NCBI GenBank assembly: GCA_025998675.1
Contig: AP024673.1
Coordinates: 1,990,562-2,054,561 of the forward strand
DNA length: 64,000 bases
Reading direction: 5' to 3'
From: Fimbriimonadales bacterium
Lineage (GTDB): Bacteria; Armatimonadota; Fimbriimonadia; Fimbriimonadales; GBS-DC
In this document: piece by piece, positions 58,788-64,000 of the stretch
Position numbering within the stretch: position 1 is the first letter of the stretch
Layout: each line of letters opens with the position of its first letter
Notes under the pieces: generated by a model
Database searches by the model: none
The model's input: only the letters and a program-made list of their open reading frames with translations
Told to the model about the DNA's origin: nothing
Program-made: the position numbers and the translations under genes

Positions 58788-59564
58788 ATGCGAAAACTGC
58801 GCGTGGGCAGTGTGCCCTATATCAACGCTGCGCCGCTGACGCGCTGGCTGGAGACGGACGAAGCGAAGCCCTACGCCGAGGTCGTCTACGCGCCGCCGTC
58901 TGCGCTCGCGCGTATGTTGCAGGCGCGGGAACTGGATGTGGCGCTGGTCTCGTCGATTGAGCAGGCGCGCCGTGAGGATGTGCGCCCCGTCGCGAATCTG
59001 GGCATCGCCTCGCGCGACGAAGTGCTGAGCGTGCGCCTGTTCTGCAAAACGCCCCTGCGCCATGTGCGCACTGTCGCGCTGGACACCAGCTCGCTCACCT
59101 CCGCCGCGCTGACCCGTATCCTGTTCGAACGCGCCTGCGGCGTTCAAGTCGAGTATCAACATGCCGCGCCCGACCTCGACGCGATGCTTCAGGGGGCGGA
59201 CGCCGCGCTGCTGATTGGCGATCGCGGGATGACGGCGACTCATCCCGCCGTGCGGGAGACGCTCGATCTGGGCAAAGCGTGGCGCGCCTACACGGGACTG
59301 CCGTTCGTGTGGGCGAAGTGGCTCGTTAACGCTGAGACGCCCGAAGCGCCCCTCGCCGAACTCCTGCAGCGCGCCTATCAGTGGGGCGCGGCGCATATAG
59401 ACGCTATCGTCGCGGGGGAATCACAGCGCACGGGCATTCCCCACGCGCTCTGTGAACGCTATCTGAAGTCGGTGATGGTGTACGCACTCGACGCAACGAT
59501 GGAGGCGGGCTTCGAGCGGTTTCTCAGGGAGTACGCCGCGTTGCAGAGGCAGGATACGCCTTAA
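58788..59564 (+). CDS. mqnA: chorismate dehydratase MqnA (futalosine pathway)
   Basis: 'LRVGSVPYINAAPLTRWLE' N-terminus typical of MqnA. Confidence 0.75.
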   Translation: MRKLRVGSVPYINAAPLTRWLETDEAKPYAEVVYAPPSALARMLQARELDVALVSSIEQARREDVRPVANLGIASRDEVLSVRLFCKTPLRHVRTVALDTSSLTSAALTRILFERACGVQVEYQHAAPDLDAMLQGADAALLIGDRGMTATHPAVRETLDLGKAWRAYTGLPFVWAKWLVNAETPEAPLAELLQRAYQWGAAHIDAIVAGESQRTGIPHALCERYLKSVMVYALDATMEAGFERFLREYAALQRQDTP

Positions 59565-60505
59565 TCCCGCGCGTCGTGGCATTCTTGACGGGCGCAGGCG
59601 CGCAGGTAGCTGCTGGGGGGCGTCTCGCGCGAGAGTTGCCCCAGTATGAACCGCGCCGCCGCGACCACGCCCGCTATATCCACGCCCGTCTCGATGCCCA
59701 TCCCGTGCAGCATGTAGAGCAAATCTTCCGTTGCGAGGTTGCCCGACGCCCCTGGCGCGAACGGGCAGCCCCCCAGCCCGCCCGCGCTGGAGTCGAAAAT
59801 AAACACGCCATACTGAAGCGCGGTCAGCACATTCGCCAGCGCGGTTCCGTAGGTGTTGTGAAAGTGATAGGCGAATCGTTCCAGCGGCAGCATGGGCAGC
59901 AGCGTCTCCGTGAGCTGGGCGACCTGCGTGGGCACGGCGGCGCCAATCGTATCGCCGAGGCTGATTTCGTCCACGCCCATCGCGAGCAGACGTTCCACAA
60001 TCGGCGCGACGGCTTCGGGGGCGATTGCGCCTTCGTAGGGGCACACAAACGCCGTCGACACATACCCGCGCGCCCAGCAGCCCGCCGCCTTCGCTTCGCG
60101 CACCACCTGCTCGAACTCGGCAAGCGACTGCTCGATACTGCGATTCAGATTGCGCTGGCAAAAGCTTTCGGAGGCGGCGGTGAAGACGGCAATCTCCCGC
60201 ACGCCCGCCGACAGGGCGCGCTCCAGACCCTTCAGGTTGGGTACCAGCACGGGGTAGCGCACGCCAGCGCGCCGCATGAGCGACTGCATGACCTGCTCGG
60301 CGTCGGCAAGCTGGGGCACCCACTTCGGGCTGACGAACGCTGTCGCCTCCACCACAGGCAGCCCCGCGTCCGTCAGCATCTCGATAAAGTGCACCTTCGC
60401 TTCGGTGGGCACGGGCGTCGGCTCATTCTGCAAGCCGTCCCGCGCGCCAACCTCGACCACCTTCACCGAGCGCGGCAAACTCTGAAACATTTTCGAGTCT
60501 TGCAT
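59561..60505 (-). CDS. hydroxymethylglutaryl-CoA lyase (HMGL-like)
   Basis: 'VKVVEVGARDGLQNE' and 'HFHNTYGTALANVLTALQYGV', 'GLGGCPFAPGASGNLATEDLLYML'. Confidence 0.9.
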   Translation of the reverse strand: MQDSKMFQSLPRSVKVVEVGARDGLQNEPTPVPTEAKVHFIEMLTDAGLPVVEATAFVSPKWVPQLADAEQVMQSLMRRAGVRYPVLVPNLKGLERALSAGVREIAVFTAASESFCQRNLNRSIEQSLAEFEQVVREAKAAGCWARGYVSTAFVCPYEGAIAPEAVAPIVERLLAMGVDEISLGDTIGAAVPTQVAQLTETLLPMLPLERFAYHFHNTYGTALANVLTALQYGVFIFDSSAGGLGGCPFAPGASGNLATEDLLYMLHGMGIETGVDIAGVVAAARFILGQLSRETPPSSYLRACARQECHDARD

Positions 60506-60537
60506 CGTAGAATAAATTACCTGATGGAGCGTGAGTG

Positions 60538-60567
60538 AAAAAAATGCCGGGGCTTTTCAGCCCCGGC
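60538..60567 (-). terminator. rho-independent terminator of the groES-groEL operon
   Basis: GCCGGGGC-ttttca-GCCCCGGC followed on the minus strand by ATTTTTTTCA. Confidence 0.6.
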
Positions 60568-60592
60568 TATTGGGGGGTGAGTGGTCTGTGTG

Positions 60593-62219
<1,627 letters not shown>

Positions 62220-62226
62220 TCAGGTG

Positions 62227-62514
62227 TTATTGCTCCAGAACGGCTAAAATATCATCTTCGCGGAGGATAATGTATTCCTCGCCGCCTAACTTAATTTCTG
62301 TACCGCCATATTTGGAAAACAGCACTGTGTCGCCCACTTTGACTGCCAGCGGGACGACCTTGCCATCGTCCATCAAACGCCCTGTGCCCACAGCCATGAC
62401 CTCGCCCTCCTGCGGTCGCTCTTTTGCTGTGTCGGGCAAAATAATTCCGCTTTTGGTTGTCTCTTCCGCCGTTTTGGGGCGGACCACCACGCGATCGCCT
62501 ATCGGTTTAAGCAT
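62227..62514 (-). CDS. groS: co-chaperonin GroES
   Basis: '[42 protein letters not shown]'. Confidence 0.95.
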   Translation of the reverse strand: MLKPIGDRVVVRPKTAEETTKSGIILPDTAKERPQEGEVMAVGTGRLMDDGKVVPLAVKVGDTVLFSKYGGTEIKLGGEEYIILREDDILAVLEQ

Positions 62515-62584
62515 CTCCACAGCACCTCCTTCTCCGATGATGATTCAGAGTCTCCCACGAAGGGAGATTGGCACTGCCATAAAT

Positions 62585-62611
62585 TTAGCACTCGCGGTAG
62601 GCGAGTGCTGA
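62585..62611 (-). promoter_or_regulatory. CIRCE operator (HrcA binding site) TTAGCACTC-N9-GAGTGCTGA upstream of groES
   Basis: Matches the CIRCE consensus TTAGCACTC-N9-GAGTGCTAA with one mismatch; located between the promoter and the groES start. Confidence 0.85.
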
Positions 62612-62619
62612 ACGCGGCT

Positions 62620-62652
62620 ATATATATACCCTATGGCAATCGGGTTTGTCAA
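62620..62652 (-). promoter_or_regulatory. sigma70-type promoter of groESL (TTGACA-N18-TATATA on minus strand)
   Basis: Minus-strand 'cTTGACAaacccgattgccatagggTATATAtatagc' immediately upstream of CIRCE. Confidence 0.5.
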
Positions 62653-62778
62653 GGGGTGGGGCGTTGAATTCGGCAAATCGCGCGGAAATCGGTAATTGTG
62701 CGGGGGTCAGGCGGTTTCAGTGTTTTTTCAGTAGTTTTTCAGGGGCGAATTCATTAATTGGGGCGGAGGTAAACAACG

Positions 62779-64000
62779 ATGCGTGGTCTCTCTACACTTG
62801 GAGTTTGGTTCGATACGCGAGCTTTGGCTCGCCAGGCGTTTCGAGGTATCGCGACTCTGTGTCTGGTGGGATTGTGGCATATCTTGCCAGCGAATACCTT
62901 CCAGCGCATCAACCAGCCGTTTACATGCCCCAACAGTGAGAACTTTGACGGCTTTGCTACGGGCATCTACAACACGCTCAATACCGCCGTCGGCACTTTT
63001 AACCCTCTGCCCCCACAGCAAGGGGCGATGGCGGTGTTCTCGACGCCGCCCCCAGCGTTCAGCGCACCGAACTATCTGTGGGGGCGTTCCACGGATCTGG
63101 AGTGGATATTTCCCCAGCCTGCTTGCAAAGTGGGCGGCTACTTCCGCGCAGTGTCGCTAGGGTCGGTTCCACCCCCAACCTCTATGATAGTGAACTTCTA
63201 CGACGCGCAGAATCTGTACCTTGCATCGGATGTCGTCAACCTGACAACCAGCTGGCAGTGGGTGGGCTGGCAGTTTCAAACGCCTGTTTCGCGTATCGAG
63301 ATTATCGCACAGGGCGGCGTGACTGCCGGGTATGTCGGTTTAGATAACTTGCAATACTGCCCCTGCCAGTTTCAGAGCGTGTGTGATATCGGATGCCAGA
63401 TTTGGGATCGGTGTGCGCCGTCGGTCATCTCAACAGCAGAGGCATGTGTGCAGGGTGGATACAGTTGGCCGATGCCGCGAATCGCCTTCGATGATTGGGT
63501 CGCGCCCAACACTCCAGCCGCCGTACTCTCGATACAGTGGTGGGGAATCGTCCATCACTGGGGGCAGCTCTTCGACCCAAGTTCGCCGTGGCGCGCGCGT
63601 CAGTTTATTATCCGATTCTTCCCGGATACGAACGGCGATTGTCTCCCTGATGAGGTTTTGAACCCCAACGCCGCCATATACACGCGCTGTGTCAAGCCTT
63701 TCCGGCGATTTGCAGGCATCGACTGTCTGGGGCGTCCTGTATACCATTTCTGGGCGTCCTTCTGGGGCACAGGATTCTTCTCACCCGCGCCGAATACGCG
63801 CTACTGGGTACAAATCGCCGAAGACAACCATGCCAGTGTACGCACGAACATGGTGGACTTCGAATGGTCAGGCACTTGCCAGGCGCGCGGATGCCCGGCG
63901 GTACAACTGTTCGTGGACAATCAGGGTACCCTCAGCTTTGCCCCTGCCTTCAATGTATGCCAAAACCAGCCGATGGACCTGGCATTTTGTCTGGGCTACA
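62779..64000 (+). CDS. Cys/Trp-rich hypothetical protein, 3' end outside window (>=407 aa)
   Basis: Frame-1 ORF from ATG 62779 (GGAGG RBS 8 nt upstream) stays open to the window end; the track's frame-0 and frame-2 ORFs here are short. Product starts 'MRGLSTLGVWFDTRALARQAFRGIATLCLVGLWHIL' and has many Cys and Trp. Not in the ORF track, apparently because the stop lies beyond the window. Confidence 0.55.
   Translation, partial: MRGLSTLGVWFDTRALARQAFRGIATLCLVGLWHILPANTFQRINQPFTCPNSENFDGFATGIYNTLNTAVGTFNPLPPQQGAMAVFSTPPPAFSAPNYLWGRSTDLEWIFPQPACKVGGYFRAVSLGSVPPPTSMIVNFYDAQNLYLASDVVNLTTSWQWVGWQFQTPVSRIEIIAQGGVTAGYVGLDNLQYCPCQFQSVCDIGCQIWDRCAPSVISTAEACVQGGYSWPMPRIAFDDWVAPNTPAAVLSIQWWGIVHHWGQLFDPSSPWRARQFIIRFFPDTNGDCLPDEVLNPNAAIYTRCVKPFRRFAGIDCLGRPVYHFWASFWGTGFFSPAPNTRYWVQIAEDNHASVRTNMVDFEWSGTCQARGCPAVQLFVDNQGTLSFAPAFNVCQNQPMDLAFCLGY

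Noticed and set aside
63430-63747. 105-aa minus-strand ORF
   Set aside because: Lies inside the long forward frame-1 ORF, which has an RBS and start codon. The minus-strand ORF has no family similarity.

Overview
High-GC (~65%) bacterial chromosomal segment, densely coding on both strands and mostly housekeeping. Identified genes: 5'-truncated PGM/PMM-family mutase, galT, recA, tpx, a GH84 glycosidase, aroC, glnD-ymdB-phr, rplY, a porin-pstSCAB phosphate uptake cluster, xylA, a flotillin/NfeD pair, ybaB-recR, tRNA-Arg/tRNA-Pro, trxA, crp-family regulator, ispG, dapF, csp, pyrE, panB, a futalosine-pathway menaquinone cluster (mqnD, mqnA, UbiA prenyltransferase) with a multiheme cytochrome c, HMG-CoA lyase, and groES-groEL preceded by a CIRCE operator. 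Signalling genes include a REC-HisKA-HATPase hybrid, a REC-HD-GYP regulator, an HDOD protein and an ECF sigma/anti-sigma pair. Several features (OprP-like porin, LptA/OstA-like protein, two DUF1559 prepilin-like 'H-X9-DG' paralogs, dockerin-like tails) point to a diderm organism, possibly Armatimonadota/Planctomycetota-like; this is a low-confidence guess. No rRNA, CRISPR array or intact IS element was seen. Items worth a second look: (1) an AAA+ (MoxR/AAA_5-like) ATPase plus a 771-aa uncharacterized protein, sitting where dnaX normally precedes ybaB-recR and next to a DUF4058 pseudogene remnant; (2) two copies of a ~170-bp palindromic MITE-like repeat; (3) two unrelated secreted proteins sharing a C-terminal double dockerin-like tail ending in G-x-G-C; (4) an apparent +1 frameshift in groEL; (5) a 3'-truncated Cys/Trp-rich ORF (62779..64000) absent from the ORF track; (6) a metallophosphatase-like/tetraheme cytochrome c fusion inside the menaquinone cluster; (7) a half-length ALDH-like protein. 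The high GC content produces many long antisense ORFs in the track, which I rejected.
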